A DNA stretch of 23,947 bases from Minisyncoccia bacterium (GCA_964229335.1 CAXRCZ010000002.1:1-23947); one strand, 5' to 3'. Positions 7,618 to 16,056 are shown, numbered from the stretch's first letter. Made by a program: numbers and translations. The notes: generated by a model from the sequence alone, not told the origin.

Positions 7618-7656
7618 AAAAAGCGGCGGCAAGGACTAATGTCCAAGCCGCCGCTT
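7618..7656 (-). terminator. intrinsic terminator of the 7701-8720 gene
   Basis: Stem AAGCGGCGGC/GCCGCCGCTT with inner GGAC/GTCC; T run follows on the minus strand. Confidence 0.7.
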
Positions 7657-7700
7657 CGCGACGTACCCCATAGGGCGTTGTCTTGTTTGGCCGTCAGCGG

Positions 7701-8720
7701 TTAGGCTGCAGCAGAGTCGATCTTGTCATCGTTATCGTTCGCTGCTTCAACGCGCCGTTCACTCCACTCCTCGATTGCCTCGATCACGAGCTTCTGCGGC
7801 TTGAAGAGCCAGAGCAGAGCACGTTCGAAGAAATCGATTTTGAGCAGACCAGCCAACAGGAACATCGGCAGCAGGCCGCCAACCAGGTAGACCCAGTAAG
7901 CAAAACCGGTATTGAAATCGCCGATGACAAGCTCGGTCGGCTGATTGCCGAACATGTTCTGATACCAGCCGCGCGTAACGAAGTACACGAGGAGGCTGAA
8001 GACCACGAACATGATGCTTTCTTCATGGTCGAGTAGCCATTGCGCCGGCTTTGTGTGGCGGGTGAGCTTGACGATGCCATAGATCACCACGCTTTCGATC
8101 ACTAGAATGAGCCAGAGGTAGGTCATCCCGATTGTGATGTTGAGAGCTTGCATAGCGACGCTCCAGCCTTGCGCTGTCATCCACTCGTAGCGACCGAGAA
8201 CCGCGAACAGCTCATCGATTGAGACGCCGGTATAGACGGTGAAGAATGCCGCAAGGCTGAAGATACCGTATTTCAGCAGCTTACCCGCTGCTTCGTGTGG
8301 ATCCTCTTCTTCTTCGCCACCAGCGCGCACATTCACCACGAAGCCGATAACTAGGTAGCTCATCAGAATCATGATGAATGGAAGCGCAGCTTCGAGCGGA
8401 CCACCGATACCACGAATGCCAAGCCCAGCGAGTCCGTAGACTTCGTGTGCGAGCGCAATCATGGTGCTGATGAGGATGACTCGGGGCAGACTCAGCCTGA
8501 AAGCGAGTACCAGAATAGGTATCGCAGCAGCCTGCCAAATGGCAGCGTCAGGAGTGACCATGGATGCAGAAATCCAGGCACCTGATTCGAACTGACCATT
8601 GTCGTTCATGACCGTGGCGCTGAATGCATCGACCCACCAAAGGGCAAATGCACAGAACGCGACCACGAGGATAACTGGAACAAATGTGTTCCAGAAACCA
8701 GCTTTTTTTATATCGTTCAC
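7701..8720 (-). CDS. polytopic membrane protein, possibly a divergent TerC/LysE-superfamily member
   Basis: Many TM helices; two acidic intramembrane motifs (MVTPDAAI, GVSIDELFAV) in two halves joined by an acidic loop (GGEEEEDPHE). GTG start with AAAGGAGG 5 nt upstream. Family assignment is tentative. Confidence 0.65.
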   Translation of the reverse strand: MNDIKKAGFWNTFVPVILVVAFCAFALWWVDAFSATVMNDNGQFESGAWISASMVTPDAAIWQAAAIPILVLAFRLSLPRVILISTMIALAHEVYGLAGLGIRGIGGPLEAALPFIMILMSYLVIGFVVNVRAGGEEEEDPHEAAGKLLKYGIFSLAAFFTVYTGVSIDELFAVLGRYEWMTAQGWSVAMQALNITIGMTYLWLILVIESVVIYGIVKLTRHTKPAQWLLDHEESIMFVVFSLLVYFVTRGWYQNMFGNQPTELVIGDFNTGFAYWVYLVGGLLPMFLLAGLLKIDFFERALLWLFKPQKLVIEAIEEWSERRVEAANDNDDKIDSAAA

Positions 8721-8788
8721 AAGGCCCTCCTTTGGCCAAACAATTTAGTTGAAAAGAGCTCTCGTTAAAGAGCTGTGTACCACCTACT

Positions 8789-8817
8789 ATAATAGCATTT
8801 ATTTGACATATAGTCAA
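8789..8817 (-). promoter_or_regulatory. sigma70-type promoter with a palindrome over the -35
   Basis: Minus strand TTGACT (8817-8812), 17-nt spacer ending in TGC, TATTAT (8794-8789); TTGAC-N5-GTCAA at 8803-8817. Confidence 0.55.
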
Positions 8818-8841
8818 TTTAAGGCTTTATACTCTAATATC

Positions 8842-9678
8842 TTATTTACCCAAAGACTGACGAGCTTCTTTGAGCTGGGTTTGCCAGAGTTGTTTTTTAA
8901 ATACCACGAACAGTATCGCCAGCAAAAGACTAGCAGCTAGTATAGAAATATAAATTGTGGCTGCCGCATCAAACGCATACCACAAAGCCAGCAAACCAAA
9001 ACCACTAATCACGGACAGTTGGATAAAGATTCCAAAAAGTGTAAATCGAGCCAAAGTCCGACCGGTTTTAAACCTCACGCTGCGCATCAGTCGAGCGATA
9101 CTCAAGCCTAATTCCGCCATAATAGCTACCACTAGACCAGCAATCGCAAATGAAATTACCACTTGCAACAGTGTCCAGTTGCTAGCGACTGCTTGAGCAG
9201 CCAGCGCCGGTCCGCTCCACAGCGCATCCCAACTGACGGCCAGAATGGCGATAAGCGTACGAGCATCAGTGGTAGAGAAATCAAACCAGTTACTGATAAC
9301 TCGCGAGAGACTAATTACCGGTCGGTAACCCGCCGCTTCGCTAAGGACTTCGTATACAAACAAGCTAATGAGCGTGTAGCCGATTATGCCGTGAATGGTA
9401 TGTAGTGCCGGAAAGTATTCACCAATAAACCAAAATGAAAAGTAACCTAAGGCAGGGAATAATGTATGAGTAATAGTAACTGGCAATGTCCAGCTTTTCC
9501 AGGCAAGGTTATCATCTTGAAACTTCGCGATAGTGGCCAAAAAGACATCAATCGCCACACCAACTCCCATCAAGAGGCTGGGAAGTAAGAAATTACTGAC
9601 CCCAAAGAGAGAACCAGTTGTGAGGGTTTCTGAAATGAGAAATATAATTGCTAGATAGGCAAACCGCAGCAACTCCAT
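8842..9678 (-). CDS. membrane protein, MntP-like (LysE superfamily) putative metal exporter
   Basis: GVAIDVFLATI and LAVSWDALWSG resemble the two MntP repeats (xxMDAFAVS, ATSIDALAVG). Start moved to ATG 9678 because GGTATACT lies 8 nt upstream. Confidence 0.6.
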   Translation of the reverse strand: MELLRFAYLAIIFLISETLTTGSLFGVSNFLLPSLLMGVGVAIDVFLATIAKFQDDNLAWKSWTLPVTITHTLFPALGYFSFWFIGEYFPALHTIHGIIGYTLISLFVYEVLSEAAGYRPVISLSRVISNWFDFSTTDARTLIAILAVSWDALWSGPALAAQAVASNWTLLQVVISFAIAGLVVAIMAELGLSIARLMRSVRFKTGRTLARFTLFGIFIQLSVISGFGLLALWYAFDAAATIYISILAASLLLAILFVVFKKQLWQTQLKEARQSLGK

Positions 9679-9773
9679 TGCTTTGCAGTATACCTCACGA
9701 ATCGCATCCAACGCATCTATATTTGACAATAAAAAAATTAACCGTATATTTTGATTTGGAAGGGAGAGACTTA

Positions 9774-9962
9774 ATGAAAAAGTTCTCAAAATTAGCTCAA
9801 GCCAAGCGCCGGTTCAAAAAGACCAAGCTTGGCCGAGTACTACGCCTTATCCGCCGGCCACTCAAGAAAATGTGGCTGATGCATGATCGGATTCAAGCAT
9901 CGTGGGCACAAGAAGACCCGGTTGGTTATGGCGAGCATGTGTCACGCCAATGGCGATACTAG
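9774..9962 (+). CDS. small very basic hypothetical protein (62 aa)
   Basis: TTGACA-N16-TATATT promoter (9723-9750), GGAAGGGAGAG before ATG, terminator at 9982-10007. Confidence 0.55.
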   Translation: MKKFSKLAQAKRRFKKTKLGRVLRLIRRPLKKMWLMHDRIQASWAQEDPVGYGEHVSRQWRY

Positions 9963-9981
9963 TGCTCTACAAAAATCATAG

Positions 9982-10007
9982 AACGGCGTCCTTGTGGCGC
10001 CGTTTTT
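9982..10007 (+). terminator. intrinsic terminator
   Basis: AACGGCGTC-CTTGT-GGCGCCGTT followed by a T run. Confidence 0.65.
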
Positions 10008-10081
10008 GCTTTAAAGCCCTTGTGAAATATTTTGACAAGAAGGCAGTCATACGTATATTTGTAATTGGAGAGGAGAGTACA

Positions 10082-10312
10082 ATGCGCTTTATTGAGAAAC
10101 CACTACCATCAAACCTCGACCTTACTACAACCGATGAACTGGGGCTCGTAAACGGTTGCCGTAGCTGTTTGCGAAGACCCACCAGAGCGATTAGTGCCAA
10201 AGGTCATCCCTTCATCTCTATTTACTGGTGCGGAGACGATAACTGCCTACCTAAGGTGCAGAAAATGGCTCGTCAGACTGCTGACGGCCATTCTTCACCA
10301 GTAGCGGCCTGA
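10082..10312 (+). CDS. small hypothetical protein with 4 Cys (putative Zn finger, 76 aa)
   Basis: TTGACA-N16-TATATT promoter (10032-10059), GGAGAGGAG before ATG, CRSC...CGDDNC, terminator at 10334-10373. Confidence 0.65.
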   Translation: MRFIEKPLPSNLDLTTTDELGLVNGCRSCLRRPTRAISAKGHPFISIYWCGDDNCLPKVQKMARQTADGHSSPVAA

Positions 10313-10333
10313 AACGGCATAAGCTTGGGCGAT

Positions 10334-10373
10334 AGGCGGCGAGTGCGTAAGCACGAGCCGCCTTTTCTTTTTT
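10334..10373 (+). terminator. intrinsic terminator
   Basis: AGGCGGC-GA-GTGC-GTAA-GCAC-GA-GCCGCCT followed by TTTCTTTTTT. Confidence 0.8.
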
Positions 10374-10397
10374 ATAAACTACGGTACTCTACGACAC

Positions 10398-11069
10398 ATG
10401 GGAACACTATTTATTGTTGCAACGCCGATTGGTAACCTTGAGGATATTACTTTGCGGGCGCTACGGATTCTGAAGGAATGTGACTATGTTTTGTGTGAAG
10501 ACACGAGAGTGACTGGGAAATTACTTTCGCGTCATGATATAGGCACTGCGACCCGCCGATACGATGCACACACTAGTCAAACTGCGCATGAAAAAATCAT
10601 AACTGATTTAGAGAGCGGTAAAAATATTGCTTTGGTTAGTGATGCAGGAACACCGTGTATTAGTGATCCTGGAGTGTTGCTGGTAAGTAGTGCGAGAGAA
10701 GCTGACATAAAGCTTGAGGTCATTCCCGGTCCATCAGCTGTAACGGCAGCTGTTTCACTGGCTGGATTTTCTGGAAACCAGTTTTCGTTCTTGGGTTTTG
10801 CCCCGCAAAAAAAAGGGCGGCAAACTTTTTTTGACGAGTTAGCCAACTATTCTCACCCGACGGTATTTTTTGAATCAACGCACCGTATTAGCAAAGCACT
10901 AGTAGAAATAGCTGAGCGTTATCCAGAAGCTAAAATCTATCTAGCTCGCGAGCTAACCAAGATTTATGAAGAGATGCTCGTTGGCACCGCAGAGGAAATA
11001 CTGAAGGTGTTGGATAATGATACTAATAAGCAAAAAGGGGAATTTGTAGTAATTATTGACCTACGGTAA
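10398..11069 (+). CDS. rsmI: 16S rRNA (cytidine1402-2'-O)-methyltransferase
   Basis: LFIVATPIGNLEDITLRA, CEDTRVT, VSDAGTPCISDPG, RELTKIYEE, KGEFVV. Confidence 0.97.
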   Translation: MGTLFIVATPIGNLEDITLRALRILKECDYVLCEDTRVTGKLLSRHDIGTATRRYDAHTSQTAHEKIITDLESGKNIALVSDAGTPCISDPGVLLVSSAREADIKLEVIPGPSAVTAAVSLAGFSGNQFSFLGFAPQKKGRQTFFDELANYSHPTVFFESTHRISKALVEIAERYPEAKIYLARELTKIYEEMLVGTAEEILKVLDNDTNKQKGEFVVIIDLR

Positions 11070-11078
11070 AATCGCAGC

Positions 11079-11318
11079 ATGAGAAAAGAAACCATTGTAT
11101 TTTTATTGGGCGTGATACTTATGATTGTGCCGTTTCTTGGTGTGCCGCAACTATGGCGACAATACACCATTGCTGCCATCGGATTCGTCTTGGTATTTGT
11201 TGGCTATTCACTACGACGCAACGTATTTTTGCGCGAGATTGATCGCGGTAATGGTGAACGAGGAACCGATTCTTTTGTAGAAACTACCGACGAACCACAT
11301 TGGGAGCAGCCAGAATAG
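11079..11318 (+). CDS. small 2-TM hypothetical protein
   Basis: 79 aa with two hydrophobic segments; TAAAAT lies 6 nt before ATG. Confidence 0.75.
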   Translation: MRKETIVFLLGVILMIVPFLGVPQLWRQYTIAAIGFVLVFVGYSLRRNVFLREIDRGNGERGTDSFVETTDEPHWEQPE

Positions 11319-11392
11319 ACCCAGTTATTTCCCCGAATGAGGGTGTGAAGTGAGGCTGATTTACGAGCTACTCGTACGTTATTATTATAGGT

Positions 11393-12880
11393 ATGTACGA
11401 CGAGTCAGAGTCGGATTTTAAGATGTTTTCGTATCAAGAAGACCAGCCTCACGAGAGGCGGGGTTCTTTGATACCGCCTCCACACCAAGACAAGACTCGT
11501 TCCAAAGCCCAGTTGCTATTACCGAGCCCATCACTCACTCCAGCTGGCTCTATCATGGTAGCAGTAGCGCTCTTAATTATCGGCGCAGCCGGTATTGGTC
11601 AAGTTACAAATAATAATGTCGCGGCTCTCTTGCCATCTTTTTTCTCGACTAGTAGTGAAGCAAGTAGTGACGAAGTAGAAGTTGCTCCCACACCATCACT
11701 GTCACAAGCTGGTGTATTTGAATCAACCCGCGACGCTTTCATTGCCGAAAAAAAGACTTTTATAGAAGTTGATTTAAGCAATTACCAGTTACGCTTCATC
11801 AAAGAGGGAGTATCGGTCTTTTCTGCAGCCGTGTTAGCAGAAGGCGAACCTGGCTCGTGGTGGGCAACACCAGCCGGAGTGTATGAAGTCGAAGCTAAAG
11901 AAGACCGCTACTACTCCAGTTACAATCAAGTATATCTGCCGTCGGCAGTGAGTTTTGGCGGAAGTTATATGATTCACGGTTGGCCAACCTATCCAGATGG
12001 ACGAGAAGTTCCTAATGATTTCACTGGTGCGGGAATTCGTCTATCGAGTCAAGACGCAGCTAGACTGTATGAACTAGCAGAACCTGACACTACTGTTCTG
12101 GTGCATGTCCAAGCGCCGATTAGAGATACGTTTGTCTACGCACCATTAGTACCTGATGTTTCAGCTGAACATTACTTAGTAGCTGATCTAGAGAACGGTA
12201 CCATTTTGGCCGCAAGTGATTTACATCAATCAGTACCGGTAGCGTCATTGACCAAGCTCATGACAGCAGTGGTAGCAGCAGAAGAAATAAATTTAGATAC
12301 CAGAGTCTATGTATCAGCGCCTAGCTTTGTACAATCTCTGGTACCACGCCTGAAAGAGCGTAGTAGTGTATCAATGTATAGCCTGATGCAACTACTCTTG
12401 GTCGAGTCATCCAATGAAGCCGCAGAAGTCATCGCTGGTACCTATGGTCGCGAAGATTTTATTACAGCAATGAATGCTAAAGCACGCAGTATTGGTATGT
12501 TCGATACCACCTTCGATGACCCGTCAGGCCTGAGCGATGAGAACGTGTCCTCTTTGGCGGACATGTACAAACTTGCCCGCTACATTCATGCTCACCGCGG
12601 TTTTATATTTGAGATTTCACGAACCGGGAAAGCTACTGGACTGACTGGCGGCGGCGAGTTTGCTGACCTCAACAACTTTAATGAAGTAGATAACCTCAGC
12701 AACTTTGTTGGTGGCAAGATTGGGGAAACAACTGCAGCCGGACAGACTTCAGTCACCCTTCATGATATTCAAGTGCAAGGTAATCGCCGTACTGTGGTAG
12801 TGATTGTGTTGCGTTCTAGTAGCCGTGACGCTGATGTGCGGAGTCTGTTACAGACCATCGAACAGCGCTATCCGTCGTAA
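11393..12880 (+). CDS. membrane-anchored YkuD (L,D-transpeptidase-like) plus S11 D-Ala-D-Ala carboxypeptidase fusion
   Basis: TM anchor; YkuD features (IEVDLS, TPAGVY, IHGWP...IRL); S11 motifs SLTK (SxxK), SSN (SxN) and KIG (KTG-like). Confidence 0.85.
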   Translation: MYDESESDFKMFSYQEDQPHERRGSLIPPPHQDKTRSKAQLLLPSPSLTPAGSIMVAVALLIIGAAGIGQVTNNNVAALLPSFFSTSSEASSDEVEVAPTPSLSQAGVFESTRDAFIAEKKTFIEVDLSNYQLRFIKEGVSVFSAAVLAEGEPGSWWATPAGVYEVEAKEDRYYSSYNQVYLPSAVSFGGSYMIHGWPTYPDGREVPNDFTGAGIRLSSQDAARLYELAEPDTTVLVHVQAPIRDTFVYAPLVPDVSAEHYLVADLENGTILAASDLHQSVPVASLTKLMTAVVAAEEINLDTRVYVSAPSFVQSLVPRLKERSSVSMYSLMQLLLVESSNEAAEVIAGTYGREDFITAMNAKARSIGMFDTTFDDPSGLSDENVSSLADMYKLARYIHAHRGFIFEISRTGKATGLTGGGEFADLNNFNEVDNLSNFVGGKIGETTAAGQTSVTLHDIQVQGNRRTVVVIVLRSSSRDADVRSLLQTIEQRYPS

Positions 12881-12895
12881 GGTATACTTACAAAT

Positions 12896-14650
12896 ATGAC
12901 GACGTTTGATCCAGAAAAGATCACCTATTTTGCCAAAACTGACGCTCGTGGTCAGAATGTGCCGTTTGGTATCAAGGCCAGAGACCGACAGCGTCATATG
13001 TATGTGATTGGTAAGACTGGAATGGGGAAGTCGACTCTACTCGAGAACATGGCCGTGCAAGATATTCAAAATGGCGAGGGCATGGCTTTTATTGACCCGC
13101 ACGGCTCTGCCGCTGAGACACTTTTAGAATATGTGCCAGAAGAGCGAGTCAAGGATGTGGTGTATTTTGCACCGTTTGACCTAGAGCACCCAGTCTCTTT
13201 CAACGTGATGGAGGATGTCGGTCCAGACAAGCGTCACTTGGTGGTGTCTGGGCTTATGTCCACCTTTAAGAAAATCTGGGTAGACGCTTGGAGTGCTCGA
13301 ATGGAATACATCCTAACCAACGCACTCTTAGCTTTGATAGAGTACCCGGACACCACACTGCTGTCGGTCAATCGGCTATTTATTGACAAAGCCTATCGCG
13401 AAAAAGTCGTCGACTACATCAAAGATCCGGCTGTGAAGTCGTTTTGGACTGAAGAGTTTGCCAACTACACCGACCGCTTTGCCGCTGAGGCTCTCCCAGC
13501 TATTCAAAACAAGATTGGACAATTCACTGGTAACCCACTAATCCGCAACATTATTGGCCAGCCCAAATCAAGCTTTGATTTGCGACAAATTATGGATGAG
13601 AAAAAGATTCTCATCATGAACCTATCCAAGGGATTAATTGGCGAAACCAATGCGAACTTGCTGGGCTCGATGTTAACCACTCGCATCTATCTGGCAGCCA
13701 TGAGCCGAGCCGATTTACCGGTGGCGACAATGAAGACGATGCCGAACTTCTATTTTTATGTCGACGAGTTCCAATCATTTGCCAACGCTACCTTTGCCGA
13801 TATTCTCTCTGAGGCTCGAAAATACCACCTCAATCTCATCATCGCTCACCAGTACATTGAACAGATGGATGAAGAGGTACGCAATGCCGTCTTTGGTAAC
13901 GTCGGTACCACGGTAGCTTTTCGCGTCGGTCCATTCGATGCGGAGGTATTAGAAACAGTGTTCGCTCCCCGTTTCACTGCTATAGATTTGGTCAATCTCG
14001 GTTTTGCGCAAATCTACCTCACTCTGATGATTGATGGTATTGGCTCACAACCATTCTCGGCTCAGACACTGGCACCAATAGAACCACCAAAGATTTCTTG
14101 CAAAGAAATGGTTTTGCACTCCAGTCGTAGTAACTATGCCAAAGACCGTGTGACAGTCGAAGAAATAGTCGCTGATCTTCATAACCCCACACCACCGCCA
14201 CCAAAACCTGCCAAGAAAAAATCTACTCCAAAGAAAATTAGCAGCAAGAACGGTACTACCAATGGGAATGGCAAAAAACCTTCTTCACCGCCAGCTACTG
14301 CTGCCAAGACCAGCGAAGACTTGCGCGCGGTATTGAGCAAAATCAGCAGTCAAAATAGCACTCAAAAAGAAAAGGATAAAAAGGAAAAGGGCAAAGCCGA
14401 TTCAGGAGAACTAAAAAATGCTCTGGCTGCCGCTCTGAAAGACGTAAAAAAAGACGACTCTCCCTCTGCCAATGCTGTCACCGATAAGAAACCAGCTGAC
14501 AATCAAACTGCAAAATCAGACAACGATACGAGCCCCAAACAACAATCAAACAAGCAAGCTACTGACGACACAAACAATATGACTCTAGATGCAGCGGTAA
14601 TTAAAAAAATGTTACACAAAAAGAGTTTTGATCGTTCCCCGTTCAAATAA
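12896..14650 (+). CDS. VirD4/TrwB-HerA-like P-loop ATPase (T4SS coupling-protein-like)
   Basis: Walker A GKTGMGKS, FIDPHG, Walker B YVDEFQ, EARKY, AHQY; low-complexity Lys/Pro/Ser C-terminal tail. Confidence 0.85.
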   Translation: MTTFDPEKITYFAKTDARGQNVPFGIKARDRQRHMYVIGKTGMGKSTLLENMAVQDIQNGEGMAFIDPHGSAAETLLEYVPEERVKDVVYFAPFDLEHPVSFNVMEDVGPDKRHLVVSGLMSTFKKIWVDAWSARMEYILTNALLALIEYPDTTLLSVNRLFIDKAYREKVVDYIKDPAVKSFWTEEFANYTDRFAAEALPAIQNKIGQFTGNPLIRNIIGQPKSSFDLRQIMDEKKILIMNLSKGLIGETNANLLGSMLTTRIYLAAMSRADLPVATMKTMPNFYFYVDEFQSFANATFADILSEARKYHLNLIIAHQYIEQMDEEVRNAVFGNVGTTVAFRVGPFDAEVLETVFAPRFTAIDLVNLGFAQIYLTLMIDGIGSQPFSAQTLAPIEPPKISCKEMVLHSSRSNYAKDRVTVEEIVADLHNPTPPPPKPAKKKSTPKKISSKNGTTNGNGKKPSSPPATAAKTSEDLRAVLSKISSQNSTQKEKDKKEKGKADSGELKNALAAALKDVKKDDSPSANAVTDKKPADNQTAKSDNDTSPKQQSNKQATDDTNNMTLDAAVIKKMLHKKSFDRSPFK

Positions 14651-14652
14651 TC

Positions 14653-16035
14653 ATGCCGTTAGTTATTCTCATCCTTAGCCTCACTTTGGTTCCTATGATG
14701 TCTGCTCATGCAGCAGTCATCATAAGCGAAGTGGCTTGGATGGGAGATGCTACCTCAGCTTCCAATGAATGGATTGAGCTCTATAATGACGGCTCGAGCG
14801 CTGTAGATTTGACAGGTTGGCGCCTGGCAGACAACAATAACCTCAGTATCACTCTCAGTGGTTCACTGTCCGCTGGCGCCTACGCAGTATTAGAGAGGGG
14901 AGAGAACGCAGTGCCAAGCACTGCGTTTCTAATTTATTCTGGAGCGTTGGTAAATAGTGGTGCCACGCTTAGTTTGTATCGAGCCAACAATCAGCTAGAA
15001 GATAGAGTCAGCGGAGGAGAAAATTGGCAATCTATCGGCGGCGATAATACCACTAAAGAAACCGCCCAATATACATCGAGCGGTTGGATTACTGCTGCAC
15101 CAACGCCAGGTGCTAGGAGTGCTGGCACTGCTAGTGAAACCACCAACGAAACCGAAGAAGAATCTTCATCACAATCATCTAGTATCAGTAGCAATATCGT
15201 TCGCTCTACTCCCGCTAAAAAAGAAGACACAGAACTTTCTCTGCCAGGAATCAATCTTGAGTTAACTCCGATAGCTCCCACCACAGCGTATGTCAATCAA
15301 GTAGTAAATTTTGATGTGGGCGCGTCGGGCATTGGTGACTCACTTATCAGTTCTCTCAAGTATAGTTGGAATTTTGGAGACCTTTCCACCGCCACGGGTA
15401 AGACTACTTCCCATCGTTATCGCTACCCAGGAAAGTATGAAGTGACAGTGTATGGCAAATACAAGCGTCAGCACAGCGTTGGGAGACACTCGATTACAGT
15501 ACTGCCAGTATCGCTATCATTAACTCGCAATCGAGCTGGTGACTTACAAATCAATAATGATTCACGATACGAAATAGATTTATCAGGCTACCAAGTGGTT
15601 GGCAACAATACGCTCACATTTCCCGCTCGGTCGTATATTTTAGAGAATCAAACTATTACTATTCCTAAATCAGAAATCAAAGGGCGAGTGCGAATTCACG
15701 ATGATATGAACCAAGTCGTGACCACTGAGTCAGGTATGAGCTCTAACACCTCGATAATTAACCCTGCGACAATGCCCAGCCCAGCCATTGCTGGTATACA
15801 AGCAACCGCAGTGACAAGGAGTATAGAGCCGAAAGCGACAATAACACCAGCACCAGTCACTACTGAATCTATAGCAACTACAACCACAACCGCTCAGGTT
15901 GCCCCAATGTCTACCTCCACCATTTATGTCACCAATCCATCTACATCCAACACACCAGTCAATTGGCCGCATCTCGCTTTAGCTGGCATCCTCGGTGTCG
16001 GCTTGGTTGGAGTCTGGCAAACCAAATTGTTCTAA
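14653..16035 (+). CDS. secreted lamin-tail-domain plus PKD-domain surface protein
   Basis: Signal peptide (AHA), IISEVAW...EWIELYN...VDLTGWRL (LTD), YSWNFGD...HRYRYPGKY (PKD), Thr-rich linker, C-terminal TM. Confidence 0.85.
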   Translation: MPLVILILSLTLVPMMSAHAAVIISEVAWMGDATSASNEWIELYNDGSSAVDLTGWRLADNNNLSITLSGSLSAGAYAVLERGENAVPSTAFLIYSGALVNSGATLSLYRANNQLEDRVSGGENWQSIGGDNTTKETAQYTSSGWITAAPTPGARSAGTASETTNETEEESSSQSSSISSNIVRSTPAKKEDTELSLPGINLELTPIAPTTAYVNQVVNFDVGASGIGDSLISSLKYSWNFGDLSTATGKTTSHRYRYPGKYEVTVYGKYKRQHSVGRHSITVLPVSLSLTRNRAGDLQINNDSRYEIDLSGYQVVGNNTLTFPARSYILENQTITIPKSEIKGRVRIHDDMNQVVTTESGMSSNTSIINPATMPSPAIAGIQATAVTRSIEPKATITPAPVTTESIATTTTTAQVAPMSTSTIYVTNPSTSNTPVNWPHLALAGILGVGLVGVWQTKLF

Positions 16036-16056
16036 ATTCTGCTACTATAGGCAATT

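Noticed and set aside
9648-10081. Long versions of ORFs 8842-9789, 9648-9962 and 9902-10312
   Set aside because: The extensions overlap each other and run through promoters and terminators; internal ATGs at 9678, 9774 and 10082 have better signals.
729-14650. Conjugative element (pilin plus VirD4-like ATPase)
   Set aside because: The genes are dispersed among housekeeping loci, with no relaxase, VirB4 or integrase.
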